A stretch of 63,905 bases of DNA, counting the filler, from Vannella sp. (lineage: Eukaryota), in assembly GCA_023345925.1 (NCBI GenBank). It is 7 parts of 7 records of this genome, joined end to end, with 100 filler letters (N's around TTAATTAATTAA, not from the genome) between each part and the next. Parts side by side here need not be neighbours in the genome. Positions count along the whole stretch, not along the records: positions 6,887 to 26,865 come from JAJQQN010000253.1; 6 more parts are not named here. One strand, given 5' to 3'. The notes under the pieces were generated by a model that saw only the letters and a list, made by a program, of their open reading frames with translations, searched no databases and had not been told where the DNA came from. Shown piece by piece: positions 12,733 through 23,912 of the stretch. Position numbers and translations under genes: made by a program. Positions within the stretch are counted from its first letter, which is position 1. Each line of letters begins with the position of its first letter.

Positions 12733-12905
12733 CTTGGAAGAGTTGTTCTCTTCCATCAATTGCAAGATTCTGAGCGAAAAGGGCAAGTTGGGCGCCTCCT
12801 AAGCAGTTCCGCCCCTCTGTATCCTATCCGCTTTCTTCCCAATAACTCAGCTACTGCCAGATTGTCAAAGGTTAGTCTATTATGGAAAAGAGCTGTTTGG
12901 GGTGG
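12733..12905 (+). repeat. Direct repeat copy 2 (about 173 bp)
   Basis: Diverged duplicate of 11843-12032. Confidence 0.9.
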
Positions 12906-15149
12906 CACTCTCACTCCTTTCGGTGGGTTTCTCCCACCATTTCTGTGCGCGAATGAGTCTCCTTTTGGATAAAAGATAGAAAAAGAGTGAAAGGAGAGAT
13001 TCTCACTTACCTTCGTACGTTGTAACTTCTGGGAAAGGCCGAGGTCCCACCAACTCTTGCATCTCCTCGCGTCGGAGGACTTCATGTTTGAGGAGATATT
13101 GTGCCACGATCTCAATGAGCTCGAATTTGTCTTGCAAAAGAGCCAAGGTCTTCTGATATGCTTCTGAAACCATCCGACGCGCTTCTACATCAATCTTGTC
13201 TGCCGTGGACTCGCTGTAGGACTTTTGGCGGTGGCCAGTTTCTGAAGGGAAAGCCAAATTGCCAATCTCCTTATTCATACCGTACTGGACAATCTGGGAG
13301 TAGACAATTTGAGTCACTTTCTCGAGGTCATCACGCGCTCCGGTAGAGATGTTCTTGAATTTAAGCTCTTCACAGGCTCTACCAGCTAACAAAGTGCACA
13401 GTTTGTGCTCCAGTTGCTCGGTGCTGAAAAGATTTTGGTCTTTTGGTTGATACTGAGCATAGCCAAGTGCGCCAATCCCACGGGGGACGATAGAGACTTT
13501 CAGTAAAGGGTAGGCATGTTGAAGGAACCATCCTGCAATAGCGTGGCCAGCTTCGTGGTAAGCCACTCGAGTCTTCTCCTCCAGAGAAAGCACCCGAGAC
13601 TTCCGCTCCAATCCTGCAATAACCCTTTCAATAGCTGCCTCAAAGTCTTCAAAGCTAACAGCCTCCTTCTCATGGCGAGCAGCAATAAGCGCGGCCTCAT
13701 TACAGATGTTGGCAATCTCAGCACCAGTCATTGACGGTGTCAACGCCGCGAGTCTTTTCGAGTAATTCTCATTGTTTTCCACCAAAGTCAGCTTGCGGAG
13801 GTAGACCTGGAAGATTTGATGGCGCCCAATGATGTCTGGCGCATCCACTGAAATCTGTCGATCAAAACGACCAGGTCTCAACAATGCGCTATCCAATACA
13901 TCCGCTCTATTGGTTCCTGCCATCACAATGACGTTGGTTCGGCTATCAAACCCGTCCATCTCCACCAGCATTTGATTGAGAGTGTTCTCCCGTTCATCAT
14001 TCCCTCCACCATTGGCTCCACGCTTCCGCCCAATTGCGTCAATTTCATCAATCCAGATGATGCAAGGCGCCTTCGCACGCGCCTGTTTGAACATGTCCCG
14101 CACACGAGACGGTCCCACGCCCACAAACATCTCCACAAAGTCTGACCCGGAGATAGAGAAGAAGGGTACTTCTGCTTCGCCAGCAATGGCCTTGGCAAGG
14201 AGAGTCTTGCCTGTCCCTGGGGGCCCCACAAGAAGGGCTCCTTTGGGGATCTTAGCACCGAGACTCTGGTACTTGCTGGGGTTCTTCAAGAAGCTGACGA
14301 ACTCCATGACCTCTTCCTTTGCTTCGTCCATCCCCGCCACATCACTGAAGCGCGTCTTGAGGCTGTCTGCTGTGGCTACCTTGTGCTTTGACTGTCCCAC
14401 TTCGTTGAACATGTTCTAAGACCCGACCTTGTCCGTTAGCTATTCCTTCTACTCATAAGAGGACAACGTACACCCATTCCTCCGCTTCCAGCACCTCCAC
14501 GTCGGCCCAGAGCCAAGAAAATCACTCCCATGAGGGTGATGGGGAGCAGAGTGGACACCAGGGAGCCAAGGAAGCTGCTAGTGTTGTATGTAACAGGCAC
14601 ATAGTCTGTGGAGCTGATTCCCATGTCCATTTGGAACTCCTCGAGCCTCTCTACGAAGCGCTTCTCGTTGGGGATGCCCAGCGTCTTCGGCGAGCCCCCG
14701 TGGTACAGCACGATGGCTGAATGACCTCCTTGCGAGACAATGAAGCTCTTGACCTTTCCAGCAGCAAGATCCTCCTTGAGCTGGTCCCAGTTGAAGGTTT
14801 CCCCTCCAGCGTTGCTCACCAACCTCCAAAGGACGTACACAGCGGTTGCAAAGGAGATCACACCGTACGCCAGGATAGCGTACACCGTTTCTTTAGGTGG
14901 GACAGGTCCTTGTGACCCGCTACCTCCTCCTCCTCCTTCTGGTTTGTTCTGGGGACCGGCGCCGGAAGGGTCAGAGGATAGGAGAAACCCGTTCTGGGGA
15001 AGTGTAAGTGGTCGTAGCAGGGACCAAGAAGGATCTCCTCGCCAGAGAGCCCGTTGAATAGGGCGATAAGAGCGCAGCAACGATAATGGCGGGGGTCGGG
15101 CCCAACGAGCCATCCCCAACATCACGTCAACAGGAAATGCTCCCCACAA
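12880..15149 (-). CDS. Mitochondrial m-AAA protease (FtsH/AFG3L2/paraplegin family); last exon uncertain
   Basis: N-terminal transit peptide and 2 TM segments; intron at about 14418-14471. [14 protein letters not shown], Walker A GPPGTGKT, Walker [21 protein letters not shown], Zn motif HEAGH. Confidence 0.95.
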
Positions 15150-15585
15150 GCCGCTTTATGTCCCGCCAAGAGGACCACTTCGTTGGACTTCAGTTCTGAA
15201 CCGTACGTGGATCTGGAGAGCCCACCTGGCGTCCAGCCAGCACACCAGAGTCCCACTTTTGTGTCAACAGGGCAGGGCAGAAGGGGATATGCGATGAGCT
15301 GGATGGAGAGAGACAGGAACTGTCTTGTGGTGGCATGAACGTTCATTTGAAGGTCGGCACCATCGCCCATACCTTCACCAAAGGGAGAGAAGTTGGTTTC
15401 GCCCCTTTTTGACCTGGTCCCGGACGATCTACTGTGGCCAGTAGATCAGAGTTGCTCTGCACTTGACAACCAACTGGCTCAACTCCAAAGAGAGTTGGGA
15501 TGCTTAGATAAAGGTTCTCCAAGCCAGCCTGAATCATCCCCTCATCGTGACTCACTCACAGTGACTGAGTTGGTAGCCTTGATCT

Positions 15586-16317
15586 TTAGTAGCAACAACT
15601 CTTGATGAGAATAAGGAGGAAGATGAGAAATGCAAAGGAAAGGCAGTTCCGGAGGGTGAATAGGAAAGAATGTGGGAATTGAGTCAAATACATTTCGTGG
15701 ACTTGAGTTTTGGTGTCCTCTATGGAACCGCTGTTGTCAATGACCAGCACTGTACGCTTTCTCTTCTCGTCTACGCTCATTTGTGAAGCAATTCGGCGTT
15801 CAGCTTCCTCCTTAAGTTCCGGGTTTCGAGTGTGCAATCGCTCTAACTGAATCTCTGGAGGGACGTAGACGACGATACATTTGGAGCAAAAGCGATCTAA
15901 CTTGCTCTCATACAAAAGAGGGATATCCAACAGCACTGCAGCTTCTCCTCGGAGAAAGTGGCAGAATACTTGCCACGCCATCCTCTTCCGAATGGCACCG
16001 TGTGTGATAGCGTTGAGCAGTTTGCGCTTTCCTTCATCCTGAAAGATGATAGCACCAAGCTTAGCCCTATCAAGAGGTGCTCCATCAGGGAAGGGGCCGC
16101 CCACTTGCAACACTTCCTCCCCAAAACTGCGGACAATCTGAATGTACGCTGGTGTACCAGGCTCCACTACCTCCCTTGCAATGACGTCTGCATCTACAAC
16201 AGCCACACCAAAGTCCTCCTGAAACAAACGCCGAACTGTACTCTTCCCCGTCGCAATGCCGCCAGTCAAGCCCACCAACCGCATGGGAGAGCGGGGAAAT
16301 GAAGGGGAAATGTCCAT
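15586..16317 (-). CDS. coaE: Dephospho-CoA kinase (CoaE/DCAKD/Cab5) with C-terminal TM anchor
   Basis: VGLTGGIATGKSTV, VVDADVIAREVVEPG, LDRAKLG, DIPLLYE, RIASQM, VIDNSGS. Confidence 0.95.
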   Translation of the reverse strand: MDISPSFPRSPMRLVGLTGGIATGKSTVRRLFQEDFGVAVVDADVIAREVVEPGTPAYIQIVRSFGEEVLQVGGPFPDGAPLDRAKLGAIIFQDEGKRKLLNAITHGAIRKRMAWQVFCHFLRGEAAVLLDIPLLYESKLDRFCSKCIVVYVPPEIQLERLHTRNPELKEEAERRIASQMSVDEKRKRTVLVIDNSGSIEDTKTQVHEMYLTQFPHSFLFTLRNCLSFAFLIFLLILIKSCCY

Positions 16318-16346
16318 TTCGGAGGTGAAATGCGCTTCATTCGTTC

Positions 16347-17453
16347 ATGGACCAGCTCTTGGCGTCGTATGGGGAGGCGAGAGAACAGGCTGTTGCTCCC
16401 AAACACGTTCGGAGGGTGAAAAGTGATCTTTGGGCGGTTCTGCTGAGGTTGCAGAGGATGTTGGAAGGCCAAGAGCCCTTGAGTGACGAGCACAGGAGGG
16501 AGCTAGTGCCCCAACCTCCCTCAAGAGAAGAGATATCAGCCTCACAAGCCTTGCGAAGAAGGTGTGTTCAGCTCTTGGAGAAGAAACTACAAGAGGAGAT
16601 ACCCAGCATAGAACTGCAGCTATTTGGGTCCACAGCAACTGGATTGTGCCTCCCACACTCTGACATTGATGTCAATGTCTCCCTTTTAGGTCCAACCACT
16701 CCCGCAGGACTACTTGCACTGGTCCAAAGGGTGATTGAGAGAGGCTTCAGCACAACAGGTACCCTGTGTGAGCTTAAAAGTGCCCGAGTACCACTCCTCA
16801 AGGTGCAAAAAGCCTTCTTCTCGGAGCTAAACGTCACCTTCGATCTTGATATGACAGCACTTCCCCAGGACGATGAATTGAGACTCCATCATGACCAAGT
16901 GACTCAGTGGACTTTCACCCAAATCAGGGCCCACAAGGCCTTCGAGTTCGAGAGAGTGTCTTTGGTTGTTAAAGCTTGGGCTAGGCAAGCTGGTCTGGAT
17001 TGTACATACCAGGGAACGCTGCCTTCGCTAGCCTTTGTGGTAATGCTCTCTTCGACTGCTGAGTGTCTGAGACAGAGAATGGAAAAGACTTTAAATGCAG
17101 ATGAATGGCCCTTTTGGAAGGAACTACTGGATGTGGTAGACAACCATCCAGAGGAGCAAAGCAGCGTTCTACCGGCAGTCTTACTGCTTGCGTTTTGTCT
17201 GCGTTTTCGGGATTGGCAAACGCGGCAAGTGATAAGAACCAGCGATAGCGTTGGCGAAAACTCAGAGCGCCATATCCTTCACCTGCAGACATCATGGCCT
17301 GACCCTGACCATTCTGGGTTTGGCAAAACCTGCTTCGTCCAAGATCCTTTCCTCTTGAATGTCAATTTGGCCCGCTTTGTCACACGAGCAACCCGACCTT
17401 GTCTAGTGAGAGCGTTCCGTCGGTTATACCTCCAATGGACTACAATCCCTTGA
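16347..17453 (+). CDS. Non-canonical poly(A) polymerase / terminal uridylyltransferase (Cid1/Trf4 family)
   Basis: LFGSTATGLCLPHSDIDV (hG[GS]x9-13DhD), SARVPLLK, VKAWAR...GTLPSLA, PAP-associated VQDPF..NLAR. Confidence 0.85.
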   Translation: MDQLLASYGEAREQAVAPKHVRRVKSDLWAVLLRLQRMLEGQEPLSDEHRRELVPQPPSREEISASQALRRRCVQLLEKKLQEEIPSIELQLFGSTATGLCLPHSDIDVNVSLLGPTTPAGLLALVQRVIERGFSTTGTLCELKSARVPLLKVQKAFFSELNVTFDLDMTALPQDDELRLHHDQVTQWTFTQIRAHKAFEFERVSLVVKAWARQAGLDCTYQGTLPSLAFVVMLSSTAECLRQRMEKTLNADEWPFWKELLDVVDNHPEEQSSVLPAVLLLAFCLRFRDWQTRQVIRTSDSVGENSERHILHLQTSWPDPDHSGFGKTCFVQDPFLLNVNLARFVTRATRPCLVRAFRRLYLQWTTIP

Positions 17454-17493
17454 TGGCCCGCTTCCCTGGGACAGGAAATTCGACATTCTTTGG

Positions 17494-18814
17494 ATGGCGG
17501 GAGCGGAGCGTCCCTCTCTTGAGGACAGCATTGCTCGGGATGCGCTCCAGGACTTTCTGAAGGGGTTCTTTGGTTATGCAGTACCTGCATGTCTGCTTAC
17601 AGGCTCAGTGGGTGACAATCTTCGCAGGTAAGGGGAGTGGGGCTGGTTCGTGCTGCTGAGGAACCGTGTAGAGCGACTGCAGTGGGTGGATTCCTTGGGT
17701 CTTTTCGTCTGTTGTATCGTTTACACCTTCGACATGGAGATGAGCTCCCCGAGTTCATGCAGAAGCACAAGGAAGCGGTTTCTGCAGGAATCGCCACCGT
17801 CCTACTCCTTAAAGTGGACCCTGCGCTGACGGACTGGACCGTCGTCTCTAGTTACCTGCTTCTACGAGCAATCAGGTTACTATGGCCAGAAAAGCTGCTG
17901 TCAGAAGACCTCCCAGTTCTCACAATGTGTGGCTCTGCCGCCCAGCTCATTAGTTCGTGGGCCCTGGCTCCCACAGAGCTCTCTGTAAGGTACCGTGACT
18001 CTCTCACTGAACGCTTCGACTTGTCAGAAAGGCGTAAGTCTCCCCTCGAGAGGCGATTCTCCATTCATTTGGAAGGAACGGACAGATACTTGGAGGAGTG
18101 AGCTCCAGCAGCACCTGGACCCTTGTCAATCCATCCATTCTACTCACTCTTGCACGTGGAAGACAACGAGCCTCTTCGTGGGCAACTTCCGAAGAGGTCT
18201 TCGTGTAAGAAGTGCTCCACCCTCGCCCTCTTGCTCTATTGACTCGGGTGTAGCTCTATGGGATGTTTGCACTGATGAGAACCATGAGTGGTTTGGCGAA
18301 ACGGACACTCAACATCCCAGAGGTCCTCCAGTTGTGGCTACGCTCAGCTTTCTACTACGCCACCTTCATGGCCATGGCCATGAGCTCCATGTAAGGCCGT
18401 CCTAGCCTGCCAGAGATGCTCACTAGCTTGCCAGATGCGTGGCCAACAAGTGGAGCCCTGGGAACATGAGTAGAGGGAAGCTCTTCCTCCACTGTTGGAC
18501 AGCCGGCCTGTCTCTCTACGTAGAGTCACCAAAGTAGGCCCTAAAGTATCTCCCTGCCTGCCTTTCTCACTATCTATAGGAATCGAGTCGATCAAGCCAC
18601 GTACGTTGGCGCATACGCCCTCGAAAGTGTCTGGCGGACGACCAAAGTGCATCTTCTTCGTTCACTCCTTGAGCAGCATCCTGCTCTTCATCAGAACCTT
18701 TCAGTTGCTCTTTGGGTAGCTTCCATCTCTGTTTTGGCTCACAACGCGCACACTTCAACTTACATCTCCAAGTTTCTTCGACTTTCTGCACCATCTGAAC
18801 TCAGTACCAGGTAA
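17494..18814 (+). CDS. TMEM135/PMP52-like multi-pass membrane protein (multi-exon, boundaries approximate)
   Basis: Spliced segments include YLLLRAI, VLTMCGSAAQLISSW, DPCQSIHSTHSC, GNFRRGLR|LYG and AGLSLYVESPK|NRVDQATYVGAYALESVW, matching the TMEM135 pattern. Confidence 0.65.
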
Positions 18815-19431
18815 TCGAATCTCCGCCTAACAAAGGCTGTAACGTGAGAACGGAACATCCCAGCTAAAGTGTCGAATATCCTAAAGTGCGTTTATCTCCT
18901 TCTTTGGCTTGCAGCCGGACGATTCCCAGAAACCATCTCGATTGGGAGTTTCGGAAAGGGCGTTGGCCACATTCTTCGCATTCTTTTCCCCCTCTCTCCC
19001 AGCAGTACTGACAGTCTGGCGGCCCTTCATGAGAAACAACCATTCAGCGCAACGTAAACCCATTCTGATTACCACGTCCCCAACTGGCCCTCTGTTGCAC
19101 ATCAAGAAACCCAACTATTCTCGTATCAGAAGGTGCCTCTTCCCCGAAGCTATGCCATGCCTGAGCAGACTCTCACCAAGCATCAATGAATCAAAGTCTC
19201 AGTAGAAAGAAGAGAGTCACTTTCTGTTACGAGCCAGAGAACCTCGAAGAGACCTCCCTCCTGAACTTTAACGACTTTCTAAACCTTCTTTACTCCAGGT
19301 GACTTTAAGTGAGTGAGTGATTGGGGAGAACTGACTGCGTTTGGAGTAAGTCAGTTACATGTCTGAGAACCGTGTCTCTATCGAAGGCACTGGAAACGAG
19401 AGTTCCAACGCCCTTGGAGGTGACTGGGTGC

Positions 19432-19456
19432 CCCTAAACCCTAAACCCTAAACCCT
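19432..19456 (+). repeat. Interstitial telomere-type repeat (CCCTAAA)3CCCT
   Basis: ccctaaaccctaaaccctaaaccct, which reads TTTAGGG on the minus strand. Confidence 0.85.
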
Positions 19457-19575
19457 GGGATCAGGTACCTTTACGACACGGCCCATGAGTAAGCCTTTCA
19501 CCTGCATTTCGTAGGAGAAAATATTCACTATTGCAAAGATAAAGCTCTTGCTTTGGATTATTCGCTTCAGCCCTG

Positions 19576-21696
19576 ATGATGAGTGTGGTCTCTTTCCTCT
19601 TGCTGGGGAGCCTCTTGTGGAGCGGATGGGGAGTGGAAGGATCTGTCTCGTGTGTGGAAGTGAACCCGGCGAATGGGTTGACGTACAACCTGACGGGATT
19701 GAGCCGTTCCGATCTCCAAGCAGACTGGACTTACGTGGGAAACGATACAACCTACGTTCGAGTGTTCTATACCAACATCTGTGCCAACAGCAAGGCTAAC
19801 TGCGCTCCAGCCTCTCCTGTGTGCCAAGAAACCTTCTCCGCGACCTGGCCCAACGCTGTCGTTGTTAAGGCGTGGGGAGACGTGAACATGGCTACATGGC
19901 TTCCCTACGAGTACAACGTAACAGCAGATGGTATCACAGTCCAGTACTCTTCAACGACTCCGTGCGATAAAGGGTCCTCGACCGCCCGGACCCAAATTAA
20001 CATCCTTTGCGATAACTCTGTCGAGGCAGAGGTCACCAGTGCAACTACTACTGTCAATGGCTGCCTGGCTATGATCGGAATGCGCTCCAAGTACGGCTGT
20101 GGCTTCCCTGCGGGGCAACCTCTCACCTGCAAGGACACCGACAAGCCCAAACCATCGACCTGCACCCTTGTTAACGACGCCTTTACATGCCAATCACCTT
20201 CCTTCAGTGTCTCCGTGAAGAATGCGCGCTCTGCGCCTGCGTACACCTTCTCAGCGACCTCCAACTACAACCCCGACAACTACGACCCAACCAGCTACGC
20301 CGGAGACAACGAGCCCCTCCCAGAGGTGTACACGCTGAAGTTCGTAGAGTTGTTAGAAGTGAGTGCCGCTAAGAACATCGAAGCGCGGGTCCGTTTGGAC
20401 ACTCTTCCGTGGATCTTCACGAAGCCCGAAGTTATCGTCCACAACGACAAGAGCTGCTCTCAGGAGACTACCTTCAACCTAACAAGTGCCAATGCTACCC
20501 TCTGGAGTCGTCTCACGTTGGTGAACCACGTTCCTCTGAGTGCTTTGGCGAAAGCCAAGTTCGACGTTGTGATCGAGGATTACGTGTGGCAGAGCCCTAA
20601 CACTACTCATCTTGTGTTTACCTTCTCCCTCAACTCCACTTTGGGTGGATTGGCGAAGCTGGACAATGCTACAAGAGTGACTTTGGGATACTCTTACTTT
20701 AGTATTGTGCCCACAGCAACCGCCTATGTCAATGGTAGTGCCTCTGCTGCTGTTAGTGCAAAGCTGGTCAAGTTAGATACGGCATTGGAGTTGGCCTACT
20801 CGAGATTTAATGGGTCTCTTGTTCATGACCCCCAGATTGGCATCAATCTGCCTTCTCCTGTTCCCCCTGTAGTGCCCTGTGATGAGGATGTTTGTGAAAT
20901 ACCAAGCCTGACTGTGACAAGGGATCTTTCTGGATATCCCAAATTGACTCTGGAAGGGAATAGCACTTGGATTGTCGAGTTTGTTCGTCTCCAAGAGATC
21001 TTAGTGAATACTCAAGGGTATTCTCCAGTTCGCTCGAGTATCGTTGAATTTGATGATGCGGAATGGACCACCAAAGACCCCATCACTGTGGTCCTTCCTG
21101 ATGGATCCGCCCATATCCGCTACACTATCTACAGCGGGCTCAGTGACCATTGGGACAGCATCTCCATCAGTGTGGATATCCCAATGAAGAAGACTAACTC
21201 CCATATCACTGCGGCCCTGACCATTGCCAACTATAAGTGGCGTCTGGCCTCTCTCAGTTCCTCTCTCCAACTTGAGATCTCTGTTGGAGGACCCGGCATG
21301 ATCTCCTACTCTTATACTACAGTCCTTGTAGGGTATGGATACCTCCAAACTACTCCAATAGTTAGTGCCGTTTCAACCTCTGGTGCCAAGCAGAGCCCAA
21401 CGCTGATGTTGTCTTATCACGACGAGGTCGTTTATGCAGCCATTTCCCACTTCAATGGAACTGTCACTGTCCCTTTCACTATCGGTATCAACACGAATGC
21501 AGACCTGGCCTACATTCCCCCTGGTATGATCAACATTGCAGGTAAGGCAGAAGTTGAAGAAGGAGGCGCTTCTATTGTGTGGCTTTGGGTTCTTGGCGCG
21601 ATCGGTATTCTTGTCCTCATAGTTATTCTCGTCGTTGGCTCCGTAGCTGTTTACCGTCGCTACAAGAGATCTTCGTACGAACCCATTTCTGGTTAA
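19576..21696 (+). CDS. Type I membrane glycoprotein: signal peptide, mannose-6-phosphate-receptor homology (MRH/ATG27-like) domain, two tandem beta-rich domains, TM, YxxPhi tail
   Basis: YNLTGLS...FYTNIC...C...PVCQ...GITVQYS...C......RTQINILCD...GCLAMIGMRSKYGC (MRH pattern), many NxS/T sites, TM WLWVLGAIGILVLIVILVVGSVAVY, tail YEPI. Confidence 0.8.
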   Translation: MMSVVSFLLLGSLLWSGWGVEGSVSCVEVNPANGLTYNLTGLSRSDLQADWTYVGNDTTYVRVFYTNICANSKANCAPASPVCQETFSATWPNAVVVKAWGDVNMATWLPYEYNVTADGITVQYSSTTPCDKGSSTARTQINILCDNSVEAEVTSATTTVNGCLAMIGMRSKYGCGFPAGQPLTCKDTDKPKPSTCTLVNDAFTCQSPSFSVSVKNARSAPAYTFSATSNYNPDNYDPTSYAGDNEPLPEVYTLKFVELLEVSAAKNIEARVRLDTLPWIFTKPEVIVHNDKSCSQETTFNLTSANATLWSRLTLVNHVPLSALAKAKFDVVIEDYVWQSPNTTHLVFTFSLNSTLGGLAKLDNATRVTLGYSYFSIVPTATAYVNGSASAAVSAKLVKLDTALELAYSRFNGSLVHDPQIGINLPSPVPPVVPCDEDVCEIPSLTVTRDLSGYPKLTLEGNSTWIVEFVRLQEILVNTQGYSPVRSSIVEFDDAEWTTKDPITVVLPDGSAHIRYTIYSGLSDHWDSISISVDIPMKKTNSHITAALTIANYKWRLASLSSSLQLEISVGGPGMISYSYTTVLVGYGYLQTTPIVSAVSTSGAKQSPTLMLSYHDEVVYAAISHFNGTVTVPFTIGINTNADLAYIPPGMINIAGKAEVEEGGASIVWLWVLGAIGILVLIVILVVGSVAVYRRYKRSSYEPISG

Positions 21697-22645
21697 TCTC
21701 CCAATAACAGAACTTCCATCACCCCATCCCAACTGTCTAAGGTCCAGGGAACCGTTTATCATCTTCAGTAGAAGCTTGTTATTTATGCCACTTTTGGTTG
21801 TCCTCAGGTACAGTTTGCCGTCAAATCAAGTTTAGAAACAACATCCAAAGCGCGACCAACGTCACGCTTTGTCACACGCGTGTCCTAATTTAGGCAACTC
21901 GTGCACGTTCAGCCATTGGTAGGTAACGTAATGTTCTCTCATTGCTCAGGTCGGGAGTACTCGCTTGTTGAAGGATAAATGGGGCTTTGCTATTGGTCAA
22001 TCCGGCAGATGAAGAAGCCAGGGTGCGGCATGTCCGAGACCCTCCCTTTGGATCTTTTTGCTCCCTTATTTGATCTAGGCGGGAAAAGGTGAAAGCAACG
22101 CCCCTCTGACTGTGTATCAATAAGTGACATCAAGGGATGTAAAGAGCCTCAGTGCTTTGGGGAGATCGAAAGATATCGTTTCCAATTCCTGACAAAGGTC
22201 CCTCTCCCAGTGAGGAGGTCTATTTCAGAAACTCCTTTGGCGCTATCGTGTGTTCAAACACACTCACCGCGATCTCATGATGTACAATTGTTCGAAGCGG
22301 CAGAGCGATGCTCGAAGCAAGGATCTATCACCATCTCTGATTCTCGAGCCAATTACATCGCCAATGGATCTCGATCCCGCCAAACACTGCTTGTCAAGGA
22401 AGCCCGGCAGCTACATCCCTCAAGCCGCCCCCAAAGAAAGCACGCACCATCAAGGAATCAGAGTCAGTGATACATTGCACAACGCACAACGCACCACCAA
22501 GAACCGAAAAAGATTGAAGATGAAAATCAACGTTCATAAACTCGGATGAATTGAAGCTAGCCAACCAGCGAGTGGAGAGGGGCAATAAATATCTAACAAA
22601 GTGATTGAAAGGGGACGGAAAGGGTCATTCCCAAGCCCGCCCTTC

Positions 22646-23782
22646 ATGTCGGCCCCGAAGATCCTCCCTGGAGCGAACGACCACGAGAAGCTGCAAGCTT
22701 TGGCCAAACTGACCTACAAGCAACAGGCTGTCTGGTTCCTCAACTCCTTCTGGGAGATTGGAGAGAAGGACGCCGAGACTTTGTGGAAGTTCGTCCACAC
22801 CTGCTCTGACCTTGACCTCCAAGATCACGCGGAGGGATGTGGCTTGGACGAGGTCAACGCACATCGTTTCTTGGAAGTCTATGGCGAGACCTTGACCGTG
22901 CGTGAGCTCCGTGGTAAGCTTCGAAGCACCGGAGCTCTGGAAGAGTCTGAAAGACCCAAAGTGGTTCCTTTGACCCACTTCCTGCTCTTCAAGTACAACG
23001 TTGACTGGCATGTTCTGGTGAATGCCTCCCAGGGAGACAACGCCAAGGAGATTGAGAAGGCCCAACAGCTCCTCAATGAGGTTCAAGCCGCCTTCCGCGA
23101 GTCTGACGAGAAGCACAAAGCTGCAGCCTCTAGTTTCCGTGCTGCAGAGAAGTCTGCGAGTGAAGCTGCTGCTCGTGAAGCGAGCGCAAAGGCCTCCGAA
23201 GCTGCTGCAGTTGCCAAGGAGGAGGAGGCAATCCGACAGGAAGCTCCCTTCAAGGCCGCCCAAGAAGAGCTCGAGACCGCCCTAGCTGAGGTTAAGAAGC
23301 AGGAGGACGAGTATCAGGGCAAGATTGACGACTGCCTGAAGCGCAGTGAGGACGGAGGTGTCGTTCAGCGCAACAAAGCCAAGGCTGAGCTCGCCCAGCT
23401 GCAAGCAGAGGACCCTCTCCCTCTCCAGAGAGCCAAGATTACTCTAGAAGCTGCTCGCAAGCGCGCAGAGAAGGCTCGCGCTCCCTTTGATGCTGCCACC
23501 AAGGTTGCTCAAGAGGCTCGCGCTGTGGCTCAAGCTGATGCCCAACAAGCTTCTCAAGCCCGTCAAGCTGCTGATGCTGCCCGAGCAGAGTCCGAGAGAG
23601 CCAAGATCGTGGCCGAGCAAGCCGTAGAGGAAGCCAAGCGCCGTGTGAAGGAGGCAGAGGACTACCTTGATGAGATCAAGAAGCAGCCTGGCTGCGCTCA
23701 CGGAGCTTTGTGGTGGATTGATCGAGAGTTGCACGACGCCAAGGCTTACGTGCCAGAGAGCAAGGGCGGCTACCGCAAGTAA
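22646..23782 (+). CDS. Calcium-regulated actin-bundling protein (Dictyostelium ABP34/Entamoeba TolA-like family)
   Basis: YKQQAVWFLNSFW, LDEVNAHRFLE, AKAELAQLQAEDPLPLQRAKITLEAA, HGALWWIDRELHDAKAYVP. Confidence 0.85.
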   Translation: MSAPKILPGANDHEKLQALAKLTYKQQAVWFLNSFWEIGEKDAETLWKFVHTCSDLDLQDHAEGCGLDEVNAHRFLEVYGETLTVRELRGKLRSTGALEESERPKVVPLTHFLLFKYNVDWHVLVNASQGDNAKEIEKAQQLLNEVQAAFRESDEKHKAAASSFRAAEKSASEAAAREASAKASEAAAVAKEEEAIRQEAPFKAAQEELETALAEVKKQEDEYQGKIDDCLKRSEDGGVVQRNKAKAELAQLQAEDPLPLQRAKITLEAARKRAEKARAPFDAATKVAQEARAVAQADAQQASQARQAADAARAESERAKIVAEQAVEEAKRRVKEAEDYLDEIKKQPGCAHGALWWIDRELHDAKAYVPESKGGYRK

Positions 23783-23912
23783 GGACTTCCTTCCCAATAA
23801 ACCGGATGCAAGCGTGAGCAAAACTGTTTAAGGAAGAGCACCAGTCGACAGTCAGTGTGAGCGGACTCGTTTGAAAGTACAAAGGGAAGGCGAGATCGGG
23901 ACCTTGCACGGT

